Shown one piece after another: positions 35,892 to 43,971 of a DNA stretch of 64,000 nt. Within the stretch, counting starts at the first letter, position 1. Every line of letters starts with the position of its first letter. Position numbers and translations under genes: made by a program. The notes beneath the pieces were generated by a model, which was not told where the DNA came from, did no database searches, and worked only from the letters and a program-made list of their open reading frames with translations. This DNA comes from Patescibacteria group bacterium (GTDB lineage: Bacteria > Patescibacteriota > CPR2 > UBA1875 > CAIMLA01): contig JBGSPL010000001.1 of the NCBI GenBank assembly GCA_041738615.1, positions 92,071 to 156,070 on the forward strand, in the 5' to 3' direction.

Positions 35892-36014
35892 TTACTTTTG
35901 AACCTTCATATCTTCACCGCAGCAGACTAGTGTACCACCTCCCGCTACAGTCACGGTGACTTCATTGCCACAGATCTCGCAGATGTATTTTTCACCAACT
36001 TCTTTTACAGACAT
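35892..36014 (-). CDS. desulforedoxin-like rubredoxin-type Fe(Cys)4 small protein (40 aa)
   Basis: Not in the ORF track. Translation MSVKEVGEKYICEICGNEVTVTVAGGGTLVCCGEDMKVQK. It matches D. gigas desulforedoxin (KCELCGQVVKVLEEGGGTLVCCGEDMVKQ), including the CxxCG and adjacent-CC ligands. GAGAGGAG ribosome-binding site. Confidence 0.65.
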   Translation of the reverse strand: MSVKEVGEKYICEICGNEVTVTVAGGGTLVCCGEDMKVQK

Positions 36015-36067
36015 TTTACTCCTCTCGGGCGTTAATGTAATGCAATTATAACCTATATGGGGCGTAA

Positions 36068-37558
36068 TTAAGAGACTAGGGCTGCAAGGTATTCGTATAT
36101 CCGATACATCGCAAAGGTATCGAGTTCGCAGTATTTTAGTAGGTTGTCATAAATCGTCTGGCGTTTACTCTCGGCCATTGGTTTGGCTACGCTCTCGTAC
36201 CACCGCAAAGTCGCGATGCCACCGTTTTGGATTCCTTCCAGGTTCTTGTAGCTGAGATCGGGAGCTAGGACTGGTAGAACGTATTTGATGGAGACGCTGC
36301 CGCGGAAGTCGGGGTGTACGTGAAGCTGGGTAGAGAAAATCTCCATTAGATCATAAACTCGTTCGTTTACACCTAGCAGAAAGTCTGAATACTCTGGATA
36401 ATCCTTTGCCATCTCGCGGTTGCGCCCCATCTCGAAGCCCTTGTTCCAGACGATAACGCTGCCTACGGAGCCTATATCGGTCTTCATTTGAGCCAGAAGG
36501 CCTGGTATCGGGTGTCCGTCTTTCTTTTGTGCCAGATACTCCTTATGAATCAGCTCGGCGCTTGGCTCTTCCTGGATATGAAGCGAGTACTGAAAACATA
36601 CTTGTTGATATGGCCAGGTGCCATCAAATATCGGAACTGCGGTGCTGCAAGTCTCGTAGTCGAGGAAATAGAGTGGGAACTTGAGCTTTCCCAGTTCTTC
36701 GCGGATACGGTCCTTGTCCACTAGGGCCTCCCCTACTTTGTGCGCTGTCACTTGGTTCTGCTGTTTTTCTGTAAGTTCAAAATCCTCGGGGATGTCGGCG
36801 AGATGAAAGACCTCCATATCGACAAGTCCATTCACCTTCTTTTCGCTAATACGAGTGAGGTTATAGATAGAATATTCTGGTACATCAGAATTGTAATAAT
36901 TAAACGTAGGACAGTGATTGGACTTGGTTTTGTGGCGGCAGCTGCAAGTTTTAGGCTCCTCTTCACGATGAATGTAGGCAGCGGCATCCTTGGTCATTGC
37001 CTCAACGTCTGGCTTGAGCTCGCGGAGTTTCTCGGTAACTTCCTCGTTTTCGAATAGGTGTTTCGGATTTACTTTGCCATGTCGGCGGTACTCCTTATTC
37101 AGGTGAATTAAGTTCACGGAGTTTATTTTGTATCCAGCGGCTTCGAAAGCAACTAGCTGAAAAGTACTGTCCATAAGGTGTTCTTTTTTGATCTCAGTGG
37201 TCGATTTAACCTCAAAGATATCCCAGCCATCGCCGTTTTTCTGTATTACGTCTGCCATTGCCAGGAGGCGGTCCCCTGTAATGACGGTTGCTTGAAATAT
37301 GGTCTTGGTTCCTGCGGCAACAAGTTCCTCGGTTTTCGCCTTGGCTGCCTCTAGGCGGTCATTTACAAGTACTCCATCCGGGAAAAGCTTGCGTGCGTAA
37401 TCCTCCACCTCTATACCCTGCTCGATGCGGCGCTCGACGTCTTCGGTCATTTCTTCTGGTACTATATCGCGTTTGTTTTTCCACGCCCAAAGATAAGCCG
37501 GACAGGTCTGGTACTTCAGGAAGTCAGATTTGGATAAGTAGTGCTTATGCTGGGGCAT
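36068..37558 (-). CDS. DUF2779-family protein (predicted PD-(D/E)xK/Cas4-like nuclease fold with Cys cluster)
   Basis: 496-aa protein. N-terminus SKSDFLKYQTCPAYLWAWKNK is typical of DUF2779. A Cys cluster (CSCRHKTKSNHC) is present. The C-terminal domain shows acidic motifs (FLDYETCS). Confidence 0.55.
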   Translation of the reverse strand: MPQHKHYLSKSDFLKYQTCPAYLWAWKNKRDIVPEEMTEDVERRIEQGIEVEDYARKLFPDGVLVNDRLEAAKAKTEELVAAGTKTIFQATVITGDRLLAMADVIQKNGDGWDIFEVKSTTEIKKEHLMDSTFQLVAFEAAGYKINSVNLIHLNKEYRRHGKVNPKHLFENEEVTEKLRELKPDVEAMTKDAAAYIHREEEPKTCSCRHKTKSNHCPTFNYYNSDVPEYSIYNLTRISEKKVNGLVDMEVFHLADIPEDFELTEKQQNQVTAHKVGEALVDKDRIREELGKLKFPLYFLDYETCSTAVPIFDGTWPYQQVCFQYSLHIQEEPSAELIHKEYLAQKKDGHPIPGLLAQMKTDIGSVGSVIVWNKGFEMGRNREMAKDYPEYSDFLLGVNERVYDLMEIFSTQLHVHPDFRGSVSIKYVLPVLAPDLSYKNLEGIQNGGIATLRWYESVAKPMAESKRQTIYDNLLKYCELDTFAMYRIYEYLAALVS

Positions 37559-38271
37559 TACTTTACCAGAGTTCCTATCTGCTTGCCCTTTATGGCCGCC
37601 AGGATGTTTCCTTTTTTGAAGAGGTTTAGTACTATCATTGGGATTTCATTGTCCATACAGAGGGAGGTTGCTGTGGAGTCCATTACGTTTAACCGGTTTC
37701 CCAGGACATCCATGTAGGTAAGATTGGGGCTCATGACAGCGTCTTTGTGCTTCACCGGGTCTTTGTCGTAGACACCATCCACCTTGGTTGCCTTTACGAT
37801 TACATCGCATTCTGTTTCAAGCGCCCGGAGGGCTGCTGCGGTATCGGTAGAGAAGAATGGGTTCCCTGTACCTGCGCCAAAGATCACGACCATGCCCTTT
37901 TGTAGATGGTGGATAGCCCGCCGCCTGATATATGGCTCAGCTATCGCATCAATTTCTAGTGCTGTCATAACTCGAACTTCCTGGCCCATTTTTTCGATAG
38001 CGTCCTGGAGCGCTAGCGCGTTCATGACAGTCGCAAGCATCCCCATATAGTCTGCGGTAGTTCTATCCATCCCGTTTTCAGACGCAGAAAGCCCACGAAA
38101 GATATTGCCCCCACCAACCACTATAGAGACTTGTGCTCCCGCGTCTCTGAGCCCTATAACTTCATTTGCAATATACGTTGCCATCTTGGGGTCAATGCCG
38201 TATTCCCTATCCCCGAGAAGGGCTTCACCCGAAACTTTTAATAGGACTTTTTGGTACTTTAGCTTTGACAA
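37558..38271 (-). CDS. pyrH: UMP kinase
   Basis: [11 protein letters not shown] glycine-rich loop and amino-acid-kinase fold. Start set at the TTG at 38271, preceded by AGGAGA and just after the stop of the upstream gene. The ORF track extends to 38358. Confidence 0.88.
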   Translation of the reverse strand: MSKLKYQKVLLKVSGEALLGDREYGIDPKMATYIANEVIGLRDAGAQVSIVVGGGNIFRGLSASENGMDRTTADYMGMLATVMNALALQDAIEKMGQEVRVMTALEIDAIAEPYIRRRAIHHLQKGMVVIFGAGTGNPFFSTDTAAALRALETECDVIVKATKVDGVYDKDPVKHKDAVMSPNLTYMDVLGNRLNVMDSTATSLCMDNEIPMIVLNLFKKGNILAAIKGKQIGTLVK

Positions 38272-38284
38272 TTTATCTCCTAAC

Positions 38285-38848
38285 TTACTTTTCGATATTC
38301 TCGCGCCCATCCCTAAGAGTCTGAGCCAACCAGATGAGCTCGCGGTAGCTGTTTTCAACGCGTTTAATGTAACTTTCGTCTAATAGTTTACCTTCATCGT
38401 CAAAGATTGTGGTGACTCTAGCAAAGTTTACGTCTGTTGCTGTTGATAGCATGTGGAGTTCGCGGATTACGGGTTGGAGCGCCTCGATGCAACGGGCACC
38501 ACCGAACATCCCGATTGAGACGCCAGCAAGGGCTACTGCCTTGTAAAAGTAGTTCTTGTATTCGGTGTCGAGCATTCGTTTTAGGCTCCCAGGGTAGCCG
38601 TGATTGTACTCCGGTGTGACAATAAAGAAACCGTCTGCCCAAGTAGTAATTTCGGTATAACCTGTGTCCTGAGTTTCAGGGTTGTTACCATCCAGGGAGA
38701 AGCTGAACTCCTTTGGGTCGACATATTTGATCTCGATTTCAGAGATCTGTTCCCCAATCTTTTTTACAAGTAAGGCTGCATTTTCTGAACGACGTCCTGT
38801 ACGAGTAGTGCCAAGAAGAATGGCGATATGAATTTTATCTCTTTTCAT
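38285..38848 (-). CDS. NAD(P)H-dependent FMN reductase-like flavodoxin-fold oxidoreductase
   Basis: [16 protein letters not shown]-terminal FMN-binding loop (SsuE/ArsH/YieF type). 187 aa. Confidence 0.7.
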   Translation of the reverse strand: MKRDKIHIAILLGTTRTGRRSENAALLVKKIGEQISEIEIKYVDPKEFSFSLDGNNPETQDTGYTEITTWADGFFIVTPEYNHGYPGSLKRMLDTEYKNYFYKAVALAGVSIGMFGGARCIEALQPVIRELHMLSTATDVNFARVTTIFDDEGKLLDESYIKRVENSYRELIWLAQTLRDGRENIEK

Positions 38849-38873
38849 TTTCTACTCTTTCTTTTACCAATCT

Positions 38874-38947
38874 CGTCATTCCAGCGAAGGCTGGAATCTA
38901 GCCTCTCGGCGACTTGTCTCTGGATTCCAGCCTTCGCTGGAATGACG
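38874..38947. repeat. perfect 25-bp inverted repeat (cgtcattccagcgaaggctggaatc ...24 nt... gattccagccttcgctggaatgacg)
   Basis: Each arm is itself an 8-bp hairpin. Lies in the intergenic region between the DUF2207 gene and the FMN reductase gene. Spurious ORF-track calls overlap it. Confidence 0.8.
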
Positions 38948-38960
38948 TGTGTGAGAGGTT

Positions 38961-40748
38961 TTACCAACTTCCGCCCCCGCCGCCCCCGCCGCCACCGCCA
39001 CCAAAGCCTCCAGAACTACCTGCAGCTTCCATGGACGCTTGCGCCATTGCCTCGGTGGCAACACTAGAGAAGTCGCCGATATTGTTGACAAGAGCAAGGA
39101 CAGTGAAAGCTTGTAGGTTCCCGTCGTACCAGGCGGGGTCATCCTTGTAGACATCTTCAAACTGTTTACCCCACTCTTTTTCTAATCCGAAAATAATGGC
39201 ATACGGGAGGAGCTCTTCAAATTTCTGTGGATCTTTCTTTGGCGCATTATGAAACTTGATGCGGTCAATCTCGGCCGTCTTGATATACATCTGAAGCCCC
39301 AGGAGATTTTCCTTCGCAAGCATCCCCTCTCTTGTCTTCACCGGTAAGACTAGAGCAAAGAGCAGTCCCATAGTTCCAGGGAGTGCTAACACGAAGTACT
39401 GGAGCGGTGTGCTGAGCATATAGATAGCAATAAATACTCCTAAAACAAGCAAGATTATTCCGATGGCGGCAAAAATACCCTTTGTGAACCAAGGGTTGAT
39501 TGTGTAGTAGCCCTTCTTCGTTACGTCTTTGTATGCAGCTTGATGGGCGGCGTAGTTTTGCGAGGTAAAGTCAGCGGAGATGTCAGATAGGCTGGTGACA
39601 CTGATTGGTTTGGTTTCTGGAGGCAGCGGCTTTAGGATTGCCTTCAGCACATCAGCGTTTAAATCGTTAGGCAATGTGAATTTGGTGAAAAGAGCAGAGA
39701 ATAGCAAGCTCTGGTTTGTGGATAGCATATCGTCAGGGTTCTTGAGCTTGATCAGCTGGTAGTCATCTTTTGTAAAAGGAAGTTTGAAGCCCGTTCTCTC
39801 GACACGTCTGATTTTGATATAACCCTTTATTGCCAGATAGATGATCTCGGCGGCCAGGGCTTTTTTTTCGACATAGTCGTGCAACACGATTGATGCTTCT
39901 GTCGGGGGTAGGTCACGCGGCGCATCGTAGATGGGTACGATGGTTCCCCTCCCTCTTGCGCCCAGAGCTCGTCGTATCCAAACTGTAAGATACACAATTA
40001 ACGAAATTATCGGAAGGGCGAAGTACCATGGCTGTTCCCAGAAGAAATGCTCAAACCAGCTAGGATCCGGAAAGGTGCCTTTGTTGAAACCGGCATTTAC
40101 AGTAATTCCTTGTGATGGTGAAAGTTTGTTGAGGATTAGGGATATCTTCCCTTCTTCACGGGTCAAGTTGCAGGCGCTCGAGCTCTCGACGGTGCCACGA
40201 AAACACTTGAGATCCGTAAGGGCGGCTGCCACTTCGCTTGGCATCGTGAGTTGCACGGAAACATTATTTAGCGGCACGTCCCAGCCTGTACCAATAGCGT
40301 CCCAAGCGAAGAAGTCCTCGTTTTGGTTACTCGAAATCGCATTCTGTACCAAATAGCTGATTTTGTAAGTTTGGATGCCGCTAACTAGTTTGTCTGGATT
40401 CCCGATTACTAGATTTAGATAGTAGTTATTGTCTTCTATATTTACAGGTTGTATTTTTCCTGCTGTATCAGTTACTTTCAGGCCACTAAGCGATTGCCTG
40501 GGGCTTCCATGACGAGCTCTATAGACTGTGGGTACATAACGGTATATGCCATGTTTCTGATTGTCACCAAAGTCATAATTGATAATCTCGTTTACTGCAA
40601 GCGTTCCGTTGTCCTTGAGATTCATGTCTACAGAAAATCCTGTAATGCGCTCGTTGTAGCCGTTATCGATAGACTCAACAGCTGCGCTTACGGGTGCACC
40701 GAATAGAAGACAAATAGTGATAGCAAGAAGGAGTTGTAGATACTTCAT
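38961..40748 (-). CDS. DUF2207-family membrane protein with C-terminal poly-Gly tail
   Basis: Signal peptide, a DUF2207 N-terminal domain (DNGTLAVNEIINYDFGDNQKHGIYRYVP), TM helices, and a terminal GSSGGFGGGGGGGGGGGSW. 595 aa. Confidence 0.65.
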   Translation of the reverse strand: MKYLQLLLAITICLLFGAPVSAAVESIDNGYNERITGFSVDMNLKDNGTLAVNEIINYDFGDNQKHGIYRYVPTVYRARHGSPRQSLSGLKVTDTAGKIQPVNIEDNNYYLNLVIGNPDKLVSGIQTYKISYLVQNAISSNQNEDFFAWDAIGTGWDVPLNNVSVQLTMPSEVAAALTDLKCFRGTVESSSACNLTREEGKISLILNKLSPSQGITVNAGFNKGTFPDPSWFEHFFWEQPWYFALPIISLIVYLTVWIRRALGARGRGTIVPIYDAPRDLPPTEASIVLHDYVEKKALAAEIIYLAIKGYIKIRRVERTGFKLPFTKDDYQLIKLKNPDDMLSTNQSLLFSALFTKFTLPNDLNADVLKAILKPLPPETKPISVTSLSDISADFTSQNYAAHQAAYKDVTKKGYYTINPWFTKGIFAAIGIILLVLGVFIAIYMLSTPLQYFVLALPGTMGLLFALVLPVKTREGMLAKENLLGLQMYIKTAEIDRIKFHNAPKKDPQKFEELLPYAIIFGLEKEWGKQFEDVYKDDPAWYDGNLQAFTVLALVNNIGDFSSVATEAMAQASMEAAGSSGGFGGGGGGGGGGGSW

Positions 40749-40810
40749 ACAATCATTTTAGCACCGGCAGGAAACAAAAAGAAGCTCCCCAGCGAGTGAG
40801 AAACTTCTTT

Positions 40811-40885
40811 TGGTTCGGGAGGAGGGATTCGAACCCCCGAATGCTGGTACCAGAAACCAGTGCCTTACCACTTGGCGACTCCCGA
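40811..40885 (-). tRNA. tRNA-Gln (anticodon CUG)
   Basis: Reverse complement tcgggag-tc-gccaagtggtaaggca-ctggt-uuCUGgu-accag-cat-tcggggg-ttcgaat-ccctc-ctcccga-a-cca. Canonical cloverleaf with encoded CCA. Confidence 0.85.
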
Positions 40886-41003
40886 TTATTGTACTTTGTA
40901 CGCGGTTAATATTACCATTTTAGCTACATATTTTCAATCAAAACGTGCAACGCCGCCCTCCCCGTACGGGAAAGGCGGCGCCTGTGTGTAGATCGAGCGA
41001 AGC

Positions 41004-41366
41004 CTATGGCTGCGAGCGAATGCCGACAAAGGCCTGAGCGAGCGCCACGGTCATGGACTCTGGCAGCAGTCGGAACCAGGCCAGAAGGCCCTCGTACTCG
41101 TCGTCGCTCGGGAATCCTTCGCACCTCGTGAGTGCAACCGTGAGGTTCACCTCGGCCGCTTCGATGCCCCGGAGCTCACTGACAAACTCGGAGGAAGGCA
41201 CGTCGCCGGAGTCAGAGGCGCTCTTGATTGCGTCAAGGAGTTCCTCGTGGCAACAGGACAATCGAGAACCAGCCTGGGTACCTCGAGACTCGGTTATCCT
41301 TGTTTCGACAAGTTCGAGCAGGATGGCAGTGCGGGCAAGTACGGCCTCAAGGGCATTTTCGCGCAT
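41004..41366 (-). CDS. hypothetical protein in GC-rich islet next to tRNA-Gln
   Basis: About 120-aa ORF (MRENALEAVLARTAILLELVETR...). The ORF track's longer version (to 41588) overlaps gltX and has been trimmed. Locally GC-rich. Confidence 0.35.
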   Translation of the reverse strand: MRENALEAVLARTAILLELVETRITESRGTQAGSRLSCCHEELLDAIKSASDSGDVPSSEFVSELRGIEAAEVNLTVALTRCEGFPSDDEYEGLLAWFRLLPESMTVALAQAFVGIRSQP

Positions 41367-41407
41367 GGCGCACCTCTTTCTAGAGGAAGGAGCGTTGTCT
41401 TGACAGG

Positions 41408-41453
41408 CGTTATTATATAACAAAACAGAGGATTTGTCTAGCAAATCCTCTGT
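41408..41453 (-). terminator. rho-independent terminator of gltX
   Basis: cagaggatttg-tctagc-caaatcctctg forms an 11-bp stem, followed on the minus strand by TTTTGTTATAT. Confidence 0.65.
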
Positions 41454-41463
41454 GAACAGTAAG

Positions 41464-42882
41464 CTATTTGGTGGCCCCGAGCCTTTTGAGTGATTCTTCC
41501 CTGCCGAGGGCCCAGAGTAGCTCTGCGGGACTCGCTGACTTCTCGCAACCCGAAAGGGCGACGCGTACCGGCCAGAAAACATCAGCATTAGTTAGCGAGT
41601 TCGCGCTAACGACTTCAGTAAGGAATTCATTCCACTCCTCTACTGTTTTGGCCGTCCAAGCGGTGCTATTTAGAGCATTAAGGGCCTCAGAAATAGCACC
41701 TAGGCCCTTCTGGGTGGCCTCTGGCGTGCTTTTTTTGAAGACTAGTATATCTGGGCGGTATGTTGGTATCTGCCAGTAGGATGCTGCTATTTCGCCAAAT
41801 TCAGCCAGGGTTTTGATCCGGGTTTGCTCTACAGTTACCACGCGCTCGAGAAGGCCCCTCTCGTGTTTATCAAGGCTAGAATCGAAAGCAATTAGGCGAT
41901 CTGTAAGCTCGGGTACCGTAAGGTTGCGAATGTAAACCCCATTTAGATAATTGAGTCTCTCGACATCAAAGACCGCAGGAGCCCTACCGATACGGTTGAT
42001 TCCAAAGGCTTTCTCTAGCTCAGGTAATGTAAATATCTCCTCGGTTGTACCAGGGTTCCACCCGAGAAATACCAAAAAGTTTAGGAGTGCTTCTGGCAGG
42101 TATCCGTTCTCTTTGTACTCAGTAAGAGCGGTGTCTCCGTTACGTTTCGACAGTTTCTTCATGTCAGAACCAACAATCACAGGTACATGAGCGAATTCGG
42201 GGTGTTTCCAGCCTAAAGCCTTGTATACCAAAATATGTTTTGGGGTAGAGGGCACAAATTCGTCACCACGAATAACGAGATTGATGTTCATTTCGTGATC
42301 GTCGATAACATTTGCGAAGTTGTAAGTAGGCCAACCATCTGACTTGATAAGAATGAAGTCTTCTAACGGACGGGTAGGTATCGCAATTTTTCCACGGACT
42401 TTGTCATTCCAGCTTATTTCTGTAGGGTTTGGTGGTATTCGAAAACGAATAACGTGCTGAGCTCCCGATTTTTCAAACTCCGCTACTTCATCTGGAGACA
42501 ACTTTAGGCACTTCCTGTCGTATACAGGGGGTAACTTATCGGCAATTTGTTTCTCTTTTAACTGCGAAAGTCGCTCCTGAGAACAAAAACACCTGTAAGC
42601 CGCACCAGTTTTTAAGAGGCTGTAAACGTAAGATTGATAAAGAGGTACTCTGTCGGACTGAGAAATCACTTCCCCATCGTAGTTTAGTCCGAGCCATTTG
42701 AGACCTTCGTGAATAGCCTCTACTGCCCCTTCGACAAAACGCTCTCGATCGGTGTCTTCTATCCGGAGATTGAACTCACCATCCGAACCTTTGGCAGCTA
42801 GATAATCAAAAAGAGCGGTTCGGACTCCGCCAATGTGTAACATCCCAGTAGGACTGGGGGCAAAACGAGTTCTATATTCCAT
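41464..42882 (-). CDS. gltX: glutamate--tRNA ligase
   Basis: HIGG motif (FAPSPTGMLHIGGVRTA) and KMSKR (KLSKR) motif. 472 aa. Confidence 0.9.
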   Translation of the reverse strand: MEYRTRFAPSPTGMLHIGGVRTALFDYLAAKGSDGEFNLRIEDTDRERFVEGAVEAIHEGLKWLGLNYDGEVISQSDRVPLYQSYVYSLLKTGAAYRCFCSQERLSQLKEKQIADKLPPVYDRKCLKLSPDEVAEFEKSGAQHVIRFRIPPNPTEISWNDKVRGKIAIPTRPLEDFILIKSDGWPTYNFANVIDDHEMNINLVIRGDEFVPSTPKHILVYKALGWKHPEFAHVPVIVGSDMKKLSKRNGDTALTEYKENGYLPEALLNFLVFLGWNPGTTEEIFTLPELEKAFGINRIGRAPAVFDVERLNYLNGVYIRNLTVPELTDRLIAFDSSLDKHERGLLERVVTVEQTRIKTLAEFGEIAASYWQIPTYRPDILVFKKSTPEATQKGLGAISEALNALNSTAWTAKTVEEWNEFLTEVVSANSLTNADVFWPVRVALSGCEKSASPAELLWALGREESLKRLGATK

Positions 42883-42949
42883 ATGTATATTTTAGCACAA
42901 AATTAGCACTTTGTCACTTGTGCGGAAAGATGAATGACCTTTATTGTAC

Positions 42950-43615
42950 TTAGTTTTTCTTGCTAAAAAAAATCTTTTTCTTTGGCTTTTCTGCGTTTAC
43001 AGCAGCGATTACTTGCTCTTCCAGGTTAGCTGACTTGGTGGTTAGTGGCTGTTCCTGGGTCTCAGAAGGTTTCGCAAGCTCTGGCTTCTTGGCAGTTTGC
43101 TTATTGTTGCCACGATAACCCAAAAGATAGGTGTTGGAGTCTTGGTCCATATCCACAAAGTCATCCGCTTCGTCCTGCAGCTTTGCCGAGGTGCTCTTAC
43201 CAAATGAAATTACCTCCGCTCTGCAGCCCTGGCTTTTGGCGTGATGTAAAAGTATCTGAAAGTCGCCGTCTCCAGAACAAAGCACGATAGCATCTACCTT
43301 TGGTGCCATTGTAAGAACGTCAACTGCAATCCCGACATCCCAGTCGGCCTTCTTCTGGCCGCTGACAAATGTTTGAAGCTCCTTGGTCTTTACTTCTATC
43401 CCCGCTTTTTCGAGTGCATCAAAAAAGTTCTGTTCTTCTGGCATTTCGGCCTTCACGGCGTAGGCGATGGCGCGAACCAGCTTCCTACCAGAGGTGGCGG
43501 TTTCTAGGATTTTACTAAAATTTACTTTATTACCGTATAAAGCGCGAGCTGAGTAATAAAGGTTTTGAACATCGATAAATACGGCTATTCTTTGATCGGG
43601 ATTCTTTAGAGTCAT
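42950..43615 (-). CDS. NYN-domain (LabA-like, PIN-fold) protein
   Basis: IAVFIDVQNLYYS, CSGDGDF and a conserved Asp pattern. 221 aa with a basic low-complexity C-terminal tail. Confidence 0.75.
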   Translation of the reverse strand: MTLKNPDQRIAVFIDVQNLYYSARALYGNKVNFSKILETATSGRKLVRAIAYAVKAEMPEEQNFFDALEKAGIEVKTKELQTFVSGQKKADWDVGIAVDVLTMAPKVDAIVLCSGDGDFQILLHHAKSQGCRAEVISFGKSTSAKLQDEADDFVDMDQDSNTYLLGYRGNNKQTAKKPELAKPSETQEQPLTTKSANLEEQVIAAVNAEKPKKKIFFSKKN

Positions 43616-43627
43616 ATAAGTGCCTTT

Positions 43628-43969
43628 CTAAAATGATAAGTTATCGGTTTTTACTTCTTCCCATTCGTCGCCGTCTTTCTTGAAGACACGAATCTTGGTG
43701 GTGGTTTCTGTATCAGAGAGAACATATTCTACGGTGGTGTGGTTGCCACTGCCGTGAGAGTAGTGGGTCTTTTTGTCCAGGATCATCGGAGTGGTTACCT
43801 TTTCTACCCGAAATTCATTTCCTTCCATCTCGAAATCCACGTAGTCTATATCGGAGACAAGCTCGTTCCCTAGATCGTCAGACCTAGATTCTTGTCGTTT
43901 TTGAACATCTACCTCACCGTGCTTCATTTCTAGCCGGTCCAGTAGGTCATTCCATACTCTGTCTTGCAT
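43628..43969 (-). CDS. hypothetical acidic protein
   Basis: 113-aa ORF lying between the NYN gene and the zinc-ribbon membrane protein gene on the same strand. Confidence 0.45.
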   Translation of the reverse strand: MQDRVWNDLLDRLEMKHGEVDVQKRQESRSDDLGNELVSDIDYVDFEMEGNEFRVEKVTTPMILDKKTHYSHGSGNHTTVEYVLSDTETTTKIRVFKKDGDEWEEVKTDNLSF

Positions 43970-43971
43970 TT

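Noticed and set aside
38828-39160. ORF-track ORFs 38828..39067 (+) and 38876..39160 (-), including a PPPPPPPPPPP run
   Set aside because: They overlap the palindromic repeat and the (ggcggc)n tract. That tract is the reverse-strand coding for the poly-Gly C-terminus of the DUF2207-family protein gene. No ribosome-binding site or domain is present, so they are spurious.
41004-41588. 194-aa version of the island ORF
   Set aside because: The N-terminal 70 aa overlap the 3' end of gltX on the same strand and have a different composition. The ORF was trimmed to the internal Met at 41366, and even that is low confidence.
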